A stretch of 64,000 nucleotides of DNA from Paraspadella gotoi. Its lineage: Eukaryota > Animalia > Chaetognatha. Positions within the stretch are counted from its first letter, which is position 1; every line of letters starts with the position of its first letter. This document shows positions 1 through 14,174 of this stretch, piece by piece. The position numbers were made by a program, and so were the translations under genes. The notes under the pieces are model-generated. The model did no database searches, was not told the DNA's origin, and saw only the letters and a program-made list of their open reading frames with translations. The stretch lies in contig CM119265.1 in assembly GCA_051294375.1 (NCBI GenBank), positions 16,374,005 to 16,438,004 on the forward strand. Reading direction: 5' to 3'.

Positions 1-421
1 TCTCCTACTCTTCGGTCAATTCGTTTCGACTTCAAACGTTTTCTTACGAAAACCCGACGTGAGCCAAAGATTGAACGCCTCCGCCTCGAAAGGGCGGACC
101 GGTGGTTGGGTTTCGAGAGGATCGTCCGAGTGATTTGGGGGGCGAAGAGAGTGGCGCGATAATCTTGTCGGGTGGTAGGGTGTGAGTCTCTCGAACATCT
201 TGGGCGAAGAGCGAGAGAGAGAGAAGTTGCGAAGCCTAAAGACTGCAGAGATCAGAAAGTATCGGTCGCTCGAGGAGATCGAGAGAGAAACGAGTGGTTG
301 CAAAGATTGTTCGGTAATAAAATCGAGACCTAGCGTGTCAAGGGGTGCGCAAGATGGGTAGGAAGAGCCCCGAAACTGTTTCCGAAAATCCCCAAAGGGT
401 CCTCCCCCATTTTCAAATTAC

Positions 422-3400
422 CGTTTCGATCTCCGCCGACGACGGAGACGTTTGTTGAGACGACGAACTCTTCTCGAACATCGGGTGGAGACGAGAGGAT
501 CGACTTGAGTCCCGTCGGCGTCGATATCTGAATAGATAGGCAAGTTATCTGGTCATTTATAATGTTATTTTAAATATTTTTACATTTACTGATAGGAAAT
601 GATTGTCAATATTATTGATGTAACATTTCAAATCAATTGACTCACGCGTTGAAAATAATCTACAAAAAATGGTCATTTTCCATGCCCAATTTTTAAAAAC
701 AATCTGCGTTCGTTAAATTTTCTTTTTTGTTCCACTTAAATTTTAGCTTTGGCTGAGTGTCTTAAATGGTAATAAAAAAATTGATTTCTTTAATATCTTT
801 TAAACCAAAAATGATAGAACGATGAGACTGGTATCATATTAAAGCCATAATTATGGGGCATTTTTTCCATATATATTTTTCTTTTAATATTTCCACGGAT
901 TTTTTTAAAATCTGGATCGGAATCTTAGTCAAAAGTATAACAACTTTTGAAATTAAATTAAACACACTTGGCTGTATTTAAAAAAATAAATAAATACAGA
1001 TTCTGAAAGAGAAAAGATTGAATTATGTTTTCTGATATAAAACAAAATTTAGGAGTTCAAACTTTGTTTCGGCTGATTTAAAACTACTGACATAGGGCTA
1101 AAAGGCTATATTATCAGATTTTTAAATTTTTGTCATCTTCAGGAATGACGGGAATATTGTAAAATCTCAAGTTTCGCTTTAATCGGACCTCACATTGTGG
1201 AGAAATCTTAGGAAACCATCAAAATTCCACCCCTTTTTTTTCAACATTCTCGCCTTTTAAGATTTTCGCCGATTCTGACTTCCTCTTACAAACTTATAAT
1301 TCCGCTAGTTAATTTTTTTTTTTCTTAAATGAGCGAAGGGAATCCACAAATTCTGTTATTTTATGATTTCTGGGTAAAAAATATAATAAATTACATTAAA
1401 CATTGGGATATTATGAAAGTATAATGTCTTGTGAAGCCTGTGAGAGTTTAAATAATTAAAAAATTCGCCTATTTTATTATTGAAAAATGACAGTAAAATG
1501 AAGAAGTTGAATGTCTTCCGGCTCATTTCAGTAAACATCCCTGTTCTCTAGCATAAAATAATGTTTACTTTTTGCTGGTGGAAAAGAAAGATAAATACTT
1601 AGGCTGTGATGGGGTAAATAATATTTTGTAGAATTTTGTAAGCATGCTTGTAAAATCATACAAGCAAATATTTAAGTGACAAAAAATTCACATTTTCTTT
1701 ATCCAAAAAACTTTAAAGTTTTACTAGAGTACAATTTAGCCTTTTTTCTTTCAGAATCATTAAAAAGAATTAAATTTTCATTTATTCTTATGGGTGTCAT
1801 TAGTTTTAAAATTCATTATAATTTTGACTTAGTTTGACACTCACCCTGTAAGGAGGTTTCAGCATAAGTAATTCTAAAATTGTATCTTGTATGTGCCCTA
1901 TGATTATGGCTTCATTTTGGTACTATTACCATCCCTTTATCTTTATTCCTTCAAAAGATATTAGGAAAAAATCAGTTTTTTTCTCAACCTTCCTTTTAAT
2001 TCTTTTTAAAATAAAAATTTCCGATTCAAACCGGACTATTTCATTTAGACCTGATCATTTTTATGTCAAAATCATTATAAAATGAAAAAAGAAAAATAGG
2101 ACAAGCTCTTCAGACACAAAGCTATCAGAATCGCGAAATTCGAAGTCGCTCATGTAACAGGAACATATAGCAATCCCGTTTGCAATTTTAAGTTTGTAAA
2201 CTTTCCCTTTCATTTCTATAGTAAAAATAGGTTTGAAAATTCTCGAGATGAGTAGTGCATTTCCCCTGGCTTGTTTGATATTAAATCCTTTATCAAATGC
2301 CATTAAACGAATAGGACAAGCTCTTCAGATGTAACGCTCTCGGAATCGTGCGTTTTTACAAGTGTTTTTTAACCGAATTTCTGGCAAACGCGTTTGCAAT
2401 TTGGGTAGTCAGATTTGAACGGAATTCTCTATTAGAAAAATGTGAATTTTTTTTTTAAGCGAGATTCTCGTCTAAATTGCTTTTATTTCTTACTATGAGG
2501 TCAATTTATTTTTTTCGTTATGTGCTTGAAAGTTAGGCTAAACCCAACAGAATCGGAATCAGTGCATGACTGCTGTATATTTATTTGACTTATACAGTAA
2601 ATATCGCAAAATAAAAAAAATTTAAAAAGAATTCAGACTAAGCGCCGTGTTTATTTTCAGTATTTTTTAGTCAAGACCTTTATGGACTTTCTTTGTTCCG
2701 GCGGCGTTGGATAGCCCAAACACTGCAGTTTTAGAAATCATCCATGGTTTTGTAATATTTACTGCGCTACTGGTGCAAAAATTGCGAGGAACCAAAATTA
2801 TCAGAAACCGCTTCGTTCTTTCGGATTTTTTTTTAAGCGCGGAGCGACATATCTAATCTGAAGTATGTGGTGGGAAAATGGGAGATTTTTGGTTGTGGAA
2901 ATGAAGAAAATCGCATGTCGTATATCGTATGTTATCGTATCGTTTGTCTCCTTTAACTCTCCGACTCGGATTCACGCCAACTCGCCATTCCGAAATTCTT
3001 ACCTTGGCATGGTACAGCATGCTCTGCACGAGCTCCGTTCCGACCGTCCAGTCTCTCTCGATCCCATTCTCGTCGCGACAGGGATCCTTGAAGCGGTCGA
3101 AGAGAGGATGCTGCGCCAGGTGACCCTCGTCGCCCGAGGTGGCGTCGAAGTTCAAGTCTCCCGTCAAAAGATCGAAGCAGACCTTCTCTCCAGCCTCTGC
3201 TCGTTCCTCTTTGAAAGCGCGAGAGCGACTTTCCACCCAATTCATCTGAAGGCGCTGCACCCAGGCTGATCTGGCGCTCAGGCGCGCCTGGAGGTGGGTG
3301 TGGGTCAAGTATCCCGTCAGACGGCATCCCGGGGAATTGGGTTTCCCGCCGGCGTTCTCTTCCTCTAGCCCGAGATCCAACTTGACGAGCAGCACTCCCT

Positions 3401-4420
3401 TGATTGCGAAGGAGTCAGAGCCTTCGGAAGAGCTGTAGGAGAGAAACTCGGCGTCGAGGAACGGGAAACGGGAGGCGAGAAGCAGGCCCGAGTTGCAGGC
3501 GCGAGCAGGGTTGATGGCGGGCCGTTGGGAGACGTCCCACAGGATGTAGGGGAATCGGTCGTGGAGGGCGTTGACGAGGCATTTGGCCGCTTCGCGATCG
3601 AAGACTTCGCAGAGACAAAGAAGGTCGAGGTGCTCGGGGAATGTCTCCACAATGTGGTCGTTGTGGCCGAAGGCGGGCACGATGAGGTTGCTGAAGGGAA
3701 ATTGAGGGCAAGGGAAAGAATCTTTGTGAATTTATTCTGGCGAACAATTGATATTTTGCTAATTTACAACTTTCTTTAATTTAAGTAGATTTAAGTACGA
3801 TGATCAAAAAAAGAGAGTAAAAACATACAAGAATTGATAAAAAGCTTAATGACCAAACTTCGTTTGACGACGAACTCTCACCTGTACAATATGATGGGCG
3901 CCTTGTCTTCGACGAGCAATTGCGTCTCCACCTGTATCAGCTCCGAATCTTCGGAGCCCGACGTCTCCCTCACTCGCCTATTGAGAAGTCCATCGGCGAT
4001 GGCCTCCACGCGATCGCCAGGCGCGTTTAGGTTGTTGGCGCGCGCCGCGTATTCCGGCAGCAGACACACGTTAGCCTGCGCCACCGACAAGGTGGACGGA
4101 AGCCGCAGTTTAGGTGGTGGCGCCTGCCGAGAGGAATATCGAAAGTTTCCGCGACAGAACTGCAGCGGCCACCAAAGCAGGAACGCAAGCACCGCCAGCG
4201 GCGCTGTGACGATAAGCGAAATGGCGAGCGGCAGACCGCCGATGATCTGAGCGGCGAGACGTTTATCTGGTGACTCGTTGCGTCGTTCTTTGGTCGTCGG
4301 ACGATAAAGTCGCGCGAAGAGGTTGATGACCGCATAAAAGGGAAGGAAGAGAAACCAGGCCGCCTCCAACAACGACGAGGTGCCGGGGCAATGACACAGC
4401 GGCTTCGGGTCCCAGGCCAT
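422..4420 (-). CDS. SMPD3-like: Neutral sphingomyelinase 2/3-like (SMPD3/SMPD5 family, EEP superfamily); 3'-partial. Exons ~4420-3882, 3690-3003, 527-422; last exon outside the window
   Basis: Two N-terminal hydrophobic segments; motifs ANVCLLPE..AR.NNL, LCLCEVFD, NSGLLLASRFP, KGVL, THLQA, GDLNFD, FKDPC, WTVGT. GT-AG junctions join in frame (HAK|ISTPTGLKSIL). The catalytic C-terminal DY..SDH motif is not in the window. Confidence 0.9.
2096..2402. repeat. Diverged ~215-bp direct repeat in the sphingomyelinase intron, probably inside a non-autonomous transposon relic
   Basis: ataggacaagctcttcaga at 2096 and 2311; cgtttgcaattt recurs at the same offset (~2177 and ~2391). Confidence 0.55.
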
Positions 4421-4877
4421 GGACGATCTTTCAAGTTTATTTTCGACGACTACAGAATCGCTCTTTCTGTTTCTAATCACGAGCAAAGTCCTACGCTCAT
4501 TTTATCTTCTTTCCTGTATATCTTTTATTTTGACGCGCAACTACGATAAATAAATTCAGTAATTTATAAATAATTGGATTAAATTAAACATCTTAGCCTA
4601 AGCTTTTTTTTTTGATTGGTTCCTTTATATTTTAAACTTAAACTTCTTGGTTACAAAGCTTAGGTAAGCTGCGAATTTTTCGTCGAATTCATTGAATCCA
4701 ATTTGTTTGGGTAAAATTTTGGTGGCGAAAGCGACGGATCACGCGATCTTTTTGATTCAATCTTTGAGCCGATTTTTTTTGTCCTTTTTTTTTGATCAGA
4801 TAAAAGTTATTAATTCGATGACGAATTTCGACTTATTCAATCAGAGTATAGAGTCGTTAGTCACGTACGAAATCGAA

Positions 4878-7800
4878 TCACGTTTCTTTAACGCGCGCGA
4901 AGGGCCAAGCCTTTTCGTCGGCCAAAGAGTAAAAGCGGGAATTGTGGCCCGTGTCGGCCGCAAAGAGCTCTTCGTTGGATGGAAGAGCGTCTGTAAGTGT
5001 TTTTAGCTTTTCGCGGAGCTTGGCCGCCTCCTTGCCCGCGTCTTCGATGAGTTCGGTGGCGCAGCCGGCCGACACTTCCGCCTTCCCAAACTCACCCTCG
5101 TGGACATAGTGTTCGGCGATGCGGAAGAGGATCGTCGCTTTGGACAGATCGTCAACGTCGGTCACGTGAGACAAGTATGAGAGTGGGTTCACTGGGCAGA
5201 GGGAGATGGAGAATTCATTTTAATACTTTGAATTCACGAAACCAGGAAAAACAAGAAGAAAGAAAGAAAGAAAGAAAAAGAGAGAACCCCGCCCTGCTTG
5301 AACCGATTTCGCCGGCTTGAACTTTTTTGAAGAACCCTCTCGGCAAATTGAGTATCTTCTTGTATTCTTTGATGGCTTCCTTAACTTTTCCCAGCTTTTG
5401 AATCGTGTCGGCCAGTTGGAACATCACATCCTGGAGGAGAAAACGAATCATATAAAAATAATGATAAAAATACTTTTATACAAACATTAAACCGCTTCAT
5501 TGATAGGGGAGCCTGGTGAATAAGCTAGATTGTGAGAGAGTCCTGATTGAAACATATGTTATTTTCTTGGTTGTAAATGGGATGGAAGCCTCAACCTACA
5601 TAGCCTGTCCAAAGTCAGGGGCAAGATAGGTTATTTGTTAAATGATTTGATAATCTTATATTGGTTGTACCAATTTCATAAAATTTGATGAGACCTTAAT
5701 TTCAAAGCGGCGGCCCAAACCCCCACCCTTCTCCAATCCCTTCACTCCACTCGCCTTGATCCTCTTCCCGTCGTCGTCGAGTCTCTTCAGCATCTTCTTG
5801 CTGCGCTTGTAGGCCTCGTATGCGTCGCGCATCTCCGTCATCTCCAGCAGCTCCACCGCAGCTCCGCGGTTGAGCCGCTCCGCGAACTCGAGCCTTTCCG
5901 CCAGAGCCTCCCAGTCTTCGGTGGCGTCGGTCGCCTGGCGTCTTTCGACGAAGGCGACGACGACGACGACGGCGGCAACGACGACGTCGAGAAAATAGCG
6001 AGGATCCGAGAGGCTGAGACGACGCATCTCCTCGAGCATCTCGTAGACGCGGAGAGAGTCGATGCCGAGGGTGTCGAAGAACTAATAGGGGCGAGGTTCG
6101 TTAGTCGTTTTGTCATTGGTTGGCGGATCTGGGCTTTGTCAGATTTATTTGTTCTCACTATACGTCTAATTCTACATGCAGTAAGTTTGCTTCCTTCGCT
6201 TCTTTCAGTCAAAGAAACCAATCAATCAATCAATCAACCCGTCCCTCAGCACCTCCGAATGCGGCGGCGCCAATCGAGTCAGCGTCACTTCCGGTTGCGC
6301 CGCCTGTGTCTCTCGGAAAATGACGTCGCCGGAGACGACGCAGTCGACGAAGTATTTGAGCCAATAGAGAAATTGGGAGATCCACGTATTGGGGATGCTG
6401 GCCACCTGTTATAAACAAATTTTTGGTTTGTTTTATTTTTGGTTTTTAATTGTAAACATCGGCCATCACTTACCTTTCTCGGCGATGGCGAAACGGAGAG
6501 GACGTGACCGACACAGTGACGATCCCAAATTAGGTCCGCCCTCTCGATTCCTTCGTGGATCGGGCAGTTGGCCGCCACTCCGCCGTCGATGTACTTCTCC
6601 GACCCTGAGTCGATCAAACAATAAATGAATCAAGTGACTGACTATTTCTCATCGCTTGAATATTGTATAATCAAATGTATAATTGTACATTAATCACCTA
6701 TCATCGCTGGGGTCACGAAATAGAAAGGTGCGTCGGCAGACGCAGCCAAGACGTCGACGACGCTGGCCCCGCCCACTTCCGGCGCCTCGTTTCGCGTGTC
6801 GAAGACGACGGAGACGTCGCCGATGACGCGATTCTCGGCGACGTGATGAGCGACGGCGCCGACGACGACGCCGCATGACCGGAAATCGGAGAGAAGATGG
6901 GAGCCGAAGAAGTGAGCAAGGCGACGGCGAAGCGGCGCTTGGGTGTAGGGCACGATCTCGGTGTCGAAGACCCTATTTTATGGAAGGGAGGGGGGAGAAG
7001 AGGCGCGTCAATCTCATTTTGATTATGCTTAGGTTGAAATATGAAAATAATAATATGAAAATCTTGTGCGTAAATAAATTTGTTTAAATCTTTAAATCTT
7101 TAACTCTACGATACAAATTAGAAAAATCGCTTGTATCAGTTTCGGTCATAATGCTTTATGATCCGCATTATCTCTGGTCTCGGAACACAAAATGAAAAAA
7201 ATGAAAATATATTAGTTAATATCCAAATGTTAGTTATGAGAATTTCCTTCCCTGCGGTCGCTTCACCCCAACTTGTACTCACCACCCTATGATTCTCTGC
7301 ATGAAACTCGTCGACGCCGCCCGCTCCACGAAGACTTCCGGCGCCAAGTCTTTGTACATCTCAATCAATTCGGCCACTCCTACTGACCGGAAGTCGCAGG
7401 CGCAGTCGCCGCCCGCATCGCGCTCGCAATTTGTGTAGGGATCTGCTATGACACCAATTCCTGAATGGAAGATTTTAAAAATGTTTATAAGAAAGAGATC
7501 AAAAAGAAATCTAAAAAAAATTAAAACTATGTTATAACTAAATATATATGAATAGTACTCACGCCATTAGTAATGAATGCTCGTGTAAAATAAAAACACA
7601 GCCCTAACCTAGAGCGAAGGCGATGATAGAGCCCGTGGACGTTCCGACGATCATGTCAAAAACCTCTGTGGGATGAATTGGCTCGTCCGCAAAGTCTTCA
7701 AGAAGTTTCGACAGCTTTTGCCGGTTTCTTTGGTTGAGGTTCAGTCCGTCGCCAGTCACCTAGTTTTTTGTAAATAATAAGTAGATCGAAAAATTACAAT

Positions 7801-8696
7801 TTTCTCACTTTTTTTAAAAAACAATCCGATTACCGTTCGTTTTTTTTTTTCCGAATTTTTGAGCCTCTAAACTTCCACTTAATCCTAGAAAAAGGAATTC
7901 TTTGTTTTTTTTTTTCGTTTTTTTTTTAATTTTTGAAAGTTTTCTTGAGGTCTCTTTCCTTTCTATTCTTTCATTCTCTCTTTATTTCTATTTTTCTCTC
8001 TTTCATTCGTTCTTTCTTTCCTTCTTTCCCTTTTTTTTAACTCCTCGCCGCAAACAGGTTTTCTTCTAACAAAAATTTCAACCCGAAACCCGATGTTTTG
8101 ACATTGACTGAGCTCGTCCCTGACCTTGAAGAGAAAATCTAATTGGTCGGGATGACGCCACATTATCGTCGCCAGGCGCATGACTTGATTCAACATGTAC
8201 GCTTCGGTCACACCTTAAAAGAAAGAAGTGAACCTTGAGAGTTAAAGTTCTTTGAAATAGAACAAGCAATTTTAAACCGTGGGTGTTAAAAGAATTGGTA
8301 GTATGTGTATTTTGTATTTGTGTGTAGGGTAGGTAGAGAGAGAAATAAGTAAAGTAGAGGATGAACTTTTTAACTCTAGACAATTTAAAAAACTTCACCC
8401 CTTACCTTTCGTCAACTTAGATCTAGCCTTTGGGACTTACCCTTAGTTCCTCCTCCATCGAACGACAAAATGCTGCGGCGCCGATAATTTCTCGGTGTCG
8501 AGTCTTTGTCCGATTCTTTGTCGCAATTGCCGACCACTTGACGACACGAATCCCGGTCGCCGGCGCCGATCTCGCCTTCCGCATCCTGTCGCGTCGGCGC
8601 TTCTATTGGTACTTCGTCGCACGAAGTCCATTTGTCGCTTGTTTTGTCCGCAAAAGACGATGGCGTCAGAGAATCGTTGCCTTCTTCTTCGAACAT
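4878..8696 (-). CDS. Patatin-like phospholipase (iPLA2/PNPLA-type) with C-terminal TPR-like helical repeats; about 10 exons
   Basis: Spliced exons give ILSFDGGGTKG (oxyanion Gly loop, exon ending 8441), VFDMIVGTSTG (nucleophile elbow, 7759-7609), PY...L..FFG..LSD, ASADAPFYF and YIDGGVAANCP (catalytic Asp, 6604-6474). These are followed by helical exons DVMFQLADTIQKLGKVKEAIKEYKKIL and ATILFRIAEHYVHEGEFGKAEV. One or two donor sites are uncertain. Confidence 0.88.
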
Positions 8697-11450
8697 TTTC
8701 GGTGAAACCGTTGGTCAATATTCGAAATTCAAAATTTGAAAATCGGAATGGTTTCTCCGCCTCGTCTTTGAAAGTTTGTCTACGTTTACGTTTAATCATG
8801 GCGAAGCCAGGAGTGAACCTGGAATTTAAATTATTCGAAGGCGAGTGACCAAAATTTTCAAGTCGATTTAGTTCCCACGATTTTTAAATTTTCCCGCGTC
8901 TTTGTTTACGAATTCGAAGGAATTTCGGGCGAATAAACGCATTCGGGAATGATTTCAATTTTCTTAGACGGCTCACCGCCGCACCATGCGTTAAATTCGA
9001 CTGTTTATTTTTCGTTAGATTTTGCCAAAGCATAATGTGGTTGTCAAACGACAATGTTAATTCTTTCTGTTTTAAATTCTGATCCTTCCAACGTTACTAG
9101 AATTGGTTCTAATAGAAAAGTCACAACTTAAATCGCCGCGATCATTTTTTTTCCCTTTCTCTTCCTTCTGACATTTACACCCTCCCGACTCCTAGTCTGC
9201 CCCTCTCCCTCTCCGCCCCCCCCCCCCGCTACCACCGGCTGAGAAAATAATCCATGGTCTCCGGGTTTTTTTGAGCGGCTTGTTTTTGCTTCGGTCTTTC
9301 CTCGCAGCTGGAGAGTTAAAGGAGGTCGATCGGGAGCCCTGGGCTTGGCCGATATTCCTCTTCCTCCCTCTCTCTCCTCCTCTCCCTCTCTCCCCTATTA
9401 CAAGAGTTTTTGTTATTCTTATTTTTTCAACGAGTTAAAATCGAACCGATTAGTACCAACGACAGAGACTACGACGAAAGCGGCCACTTTTATTCGGTAA
9501 GAAGCAAAATGTCAACGGAATTTTGTAAATAAACTTGAATTAATGCTAATAATAGACGCAGTAGCGAAGTTTGCCAGAAAATCTAAACCCGGAGGAACTT
9601 GGGAGTAAAAAATGCGAGAGAAGATAAAATATTGTTAGTTATTCTTTAAAAAAAAAAAAAGGTGAGATTTAAATGGAAACTGGATTTTTTTTTACTTAAG
9701 ATTCTCGCGCGTCCAAGTTTTTGAGAGAATCGAAAGAGAAATAAATCGTTTTGAGAAAAAGACTAAGAAAGTCTTTCTTTTGAAGGTCGAATCCTTGGAA
9801 CGGAAAGTGTCATTCGGGAAGGGAAACCGGTTTGGATGATTATTATTGACAATTTGACAGTCAACTTAAACCCATTATTGCTTTTAAGTTTTAAAAGTCG
9901 TTATTTCGAGTTTTACCACGTGTGTGAGTATAAGGAATGAACAAATCGAATCAGAATATTCATTAAAAAATATATATTTTTAAGTAATATAATCATAACA
10001 AGCAAACCAATTCGCGTTGCCGCTGTCGTTTTTGTCTTAGACGATGACAGTAATGTGATGGTGATGATACCAACGATGATGATGACGATAAATGATGACG
10101 ATGATACGCGCAGACCTTGGTTAAAAATTCTTTAGAAGAACTTTTAACCTCTGATAATGAGAGAAACGCGCAATGCCTGTCATTCAGTTTACTTTGCTTT
10201 GAATTTCCTAACTAGAAAATGAAATTTAATTTGTAAAAGATTGGTTTTTTTGGCAGCAGGTTTTAGAAAATAAAATGATACTGCCCTTTTAACCAATAAT
10301 ATAAGTTGTCAAATTATCTGGCCTAGATTCTGGGCAAACAGGAACAAAATCGATAATCCACATTTACTTTCGCTAAAATGTTTGACGTGCGGAACGGGAA
10401 ATATTATCCGAAAATGAGCACACATAAGCGAAAAGGATGACGTTTCTGAGATCACGGTTATATAGGTCAAAACCGAACGTTAGATCGCTGAGCGTTGTTG
10501 TTGTTGTTTGTCCGGTGACGGCTCGAACAAACTTGGCAATAAAATTCAATTTAAAATTCAATTCCCCTTTTTTTTTTTACTCTATTTGAACAATCGAGCT
10601 CGCACCTGCCCGCGTTAACGTTCGATCCGATTCTCTTATCATTGAGAACGATCAACCTAAAAATGTCACCTACTCCTCTAAAGCCATCTCCCACACATGA
10701 GCCCCCATATTCAGCCCTTTATCCTTTTGAGTCTTTTACAAAGAGAATGACGTCTTCGCTTTGCCGCCGTCTTAAATTACGATCCCCTTTTTTTCCGTCG
10801 CGGAATTACGATCCTCGTAAAAAAAAGAAGAAAAAAAGAATTCGGGTAAACAAACAAAGAGAAATCAAGACAAAATCGCCAAGCGCGTCTTCGTCGTGCT
10901 CGTCGTCGTCGGTCGTCTTTCGTTTTTGCCAACGACGTTTTCCCTTATCGACGCCGCTGTCGCGAGTGCTATATGAGAACGAGCGTGATGTGGGTCAACG
11001 ACGAGATTCACCTGGGCCAAAGAAAGAAATGAAATTTAAACACAAATGAACAAACCTGAGAATGAAAGATTGAAGAAAAAAAGGTTTTTAACATTTAAAT
11101 CTCAAGTCTATAAAAATGTTTATATTTTTGCTTTTATAAACATCATATCGTTTATGATGTGTCTTGTAAAAAAAAAACTAGCATTGATCAAATGTTTAAG
11201 TAACAAATTTTACATTTACAAACTATTTTGACCATCCTAGAAAAAAACATGAATAAGGAACTATTTTGACCAATTGACCATCCCACACTCCCAACGTCAC
11301 TGAAAATTGTCACACTTAGACGCAAAACGAAGCGAATGACTTTATTTTCTCGCTTTGATTCTCGTTTCGCTCTATTCCCATTTCCCAGTGATGATGTTCC
11401 CCCAATGTTCCTCTTCCTCTTCTCCCACCCAACCCTCGCTCTACTTCCAG

Positions 11451-13730
11451 ACACTCCTGCGCATCTGGGACTGCTTCCTCCTCGAAGGTCCCAAGGTGCT
11501 CTTCCGATTCTCCCTCGCCATCCTTCGCCTCCACGAGGCCTCCCTCTTGGCCAAGTGCGACACCATCGGCATCATGAGGCATCTCAAGTCCATGAGCAAG
11601 ATCACCTTTGACATCGAGGGACTCATGAAGGTGCGATCGCTGAAAATACACTGATAGTATAATATAGTATAGTATAGTATAGTAGTATTTTTAAGGATTA
11701 TCCCAAAATTCTATTTGTATTTTTTAGTCTTCAGGATTATTTATCATTTACATTTGATTCTTTACCTAAATACACTTGCAGTAAAGTTTTGTATCATTTG
11801 ATTTAAAACGATACTAATTCAAATTCACAAAAGAGAAAAATGAAAAGATGAAAAATTGAAAATTGAAAAATTACTTGTTTCACTATTTCAAGTTTTTTTT
11901 TAGATTTTGAAACATTTAATATGTATGTTTTCTTTATTTTGTTTGTATTTAATTAAATTTACGTTTATCTTCTCTCCCAACAACAATGTACAGACGGCCT
12001 TCGTCGATCTGAAGCCCTTCCCTCGTCGCCAGGACATCCGCGCCAAGCAGCAGGTCTACATCAAGGTCCTGAGGGAAAAGGTGCGTCGCCACGAAATGGA
12101 GCGAAAGACGGTTCTGGAACGTGAGCAGCTCTACAAAGAGCTGGAGCTTAGCTCTGGAGCTGGGAGTCGTCTTCTCATTATAGGTACGTAAAACCCGGTG
12201 GCGTAAAAAGTATTGATTGTGAAATACTAATGAAAATTTAATAACAAAAATCCTTAATGTGAATCGTCATTAATTCTTTTACTTTGGCACTAACTAATGA
12301 ATTTCCTTATTACTTTTTTTCATTATTTAAATATAAAACTCGTCTATTGTTAATTCAGTGCTTTTAATTTTTTCTCCCATTCTTACTATCAATTCGTAAT
12401 TTTCTCGTCTCTATCATTTTCCAATCCGTTCAACGAAAACCGAGAACGACGAGAACCAGGAAGGCGACCTTTTGCCGCAACGACCCCTCGTAGGTGAGAG
12501 AGATGAGAACATGCCCTACAAATTTAAGTTTGAGAATACTATTTAGAATTGTTTAAAAGCATATGAAATATGTAGTCGTATTTTGAGATATTTTAAACCT
12601 TAAGACAGATTTTTTTTAGGATTCACTCGAACCTTGCCACAATTCCTCCCTCGTGGTTGAGAGATAAGCGTAGACGGTGCCACGAAAGAGTCCCAGTATC
12701 ATCACAGTCGACGTTGAAGGGCGTTGGAGGATTTGGACGGCAACACCTGATCCACTCTCGGAATTGAAGATGAAATCATACGTATTTGAAAAATCTTGGA
12801 AACTGAAATTAAAAATTAAAATTCATTCACTCAAAAGTAGGGTTTTTTTACTTACAAGAAACTTTTAGAAAAATAGATTCGCAACGTCAAACAATGCGAT
12901 TTCAACCCAAAGGACTCACCCGTGAATGCACATGATCCTGGAATCAAAGTCCAAACTGATGTCGAACATGATGTTGTCCACCAATTGACTTTGCAGATTC
13001 GCGCCGTGTTCTGTTCCCCTTGACAGATCCATACTTTTCGTTTTGTCGTAGACCGCCGCGCATTCTCTGGTGGTCGGAAAACGAAGCATTATTTTTAGTC
13101 AAAGGAGCCGAAGTTAATTATTTTATTGCAGAGTAAATATGCGGCTGACGGGCGATGGTGTTCGGGTGACGCGACAAAAGTTGGGATCCGAAAAAGGGGT
13201 AAAACAAACTAAAAAAAAAAAAGAAACAATCCCACTTGGAGACGAGTGTTATTACACAGCGAAAGGTTTGAAGTGAAATGGTGTCCTTCACTCCTTTTTT
13301 TTCCCTTTTGTTTATGTTTTCTTGGTTTGGTTTGGTTTGTTGGTGTTGGTTTGGTTTTGGTTGGTTGGTTGGTTGGTTGGTTGGTTGGTTTGGTTGGTTT
13401 GGTTGGTTGGTTGTGTTGGTTGGTTGGTTGGTTGGGTGCGTTTGGTTGTTGTTGGTTGGTTGGTTGGTTCGTTCCGTTCGTTTCGTTCGTTCGTTCGTTC
13501 GTTCTTCGTTTCGTTCTTTCTTCTCTTCTTCTTCTTCTCTTTCTTTCTTTTTCTTTCTTTCTTTCTTTCTTTCTCCTTTTCCCATCCTTTCCACTTCTCT
13601 GTTTCTCTTCACGACTCGCTCAAGCTCTCACGCGGGATACAGGGGAAAAAAATAAACTCGTCACGACAGGTTTCACGTCATCAGGCGAGAGAGAGAGAGA
13701 GAATAGAGAGAGAGAGAGAGAGAGAGATGA

Positions 13731-13785
<55 letters not shown>

Positions 13786-14141
13786 AGAGACTGAAAAAAA
13801 AAGTCGAGTTTGTTTCTTCTAGGGCTTCCGGTATTTTAACGCTTTGCGATGGGTCTGAGTGCTCGCCTCGATGACAGCGGGCGATGTAAGTCAAAGCTCA
13901 TTCTTCATCACCAGAGTTTATTTCCTCTCGATCCTCTTTCCTTGTCCTCGGTGAAGGATTTGGTTCCACTCTCAATTCATTCCACTCTCAATTCATTCCA
14001 CTCTCAATTCATTCCACTCTCAATTCATCCTCACGACAGAAATCTCTTTCAATCTTTGAAATTCGCCTTTACTCACTTTTTTTTTCTTTTTCTTTCTTTC
14101 TTTCTCTATTTCTTTTTTTTTACTTTCTTTCTTTCTTCTCT

Positions 14142-14174
<33 letters not shown>

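Noticed and set aside
16-303. 95-aa minus-strand ORF as the last sphingomyelinase exon
   Set aside because: Lacks the conserved DY and SDH/TDH motifs; likely intronic.
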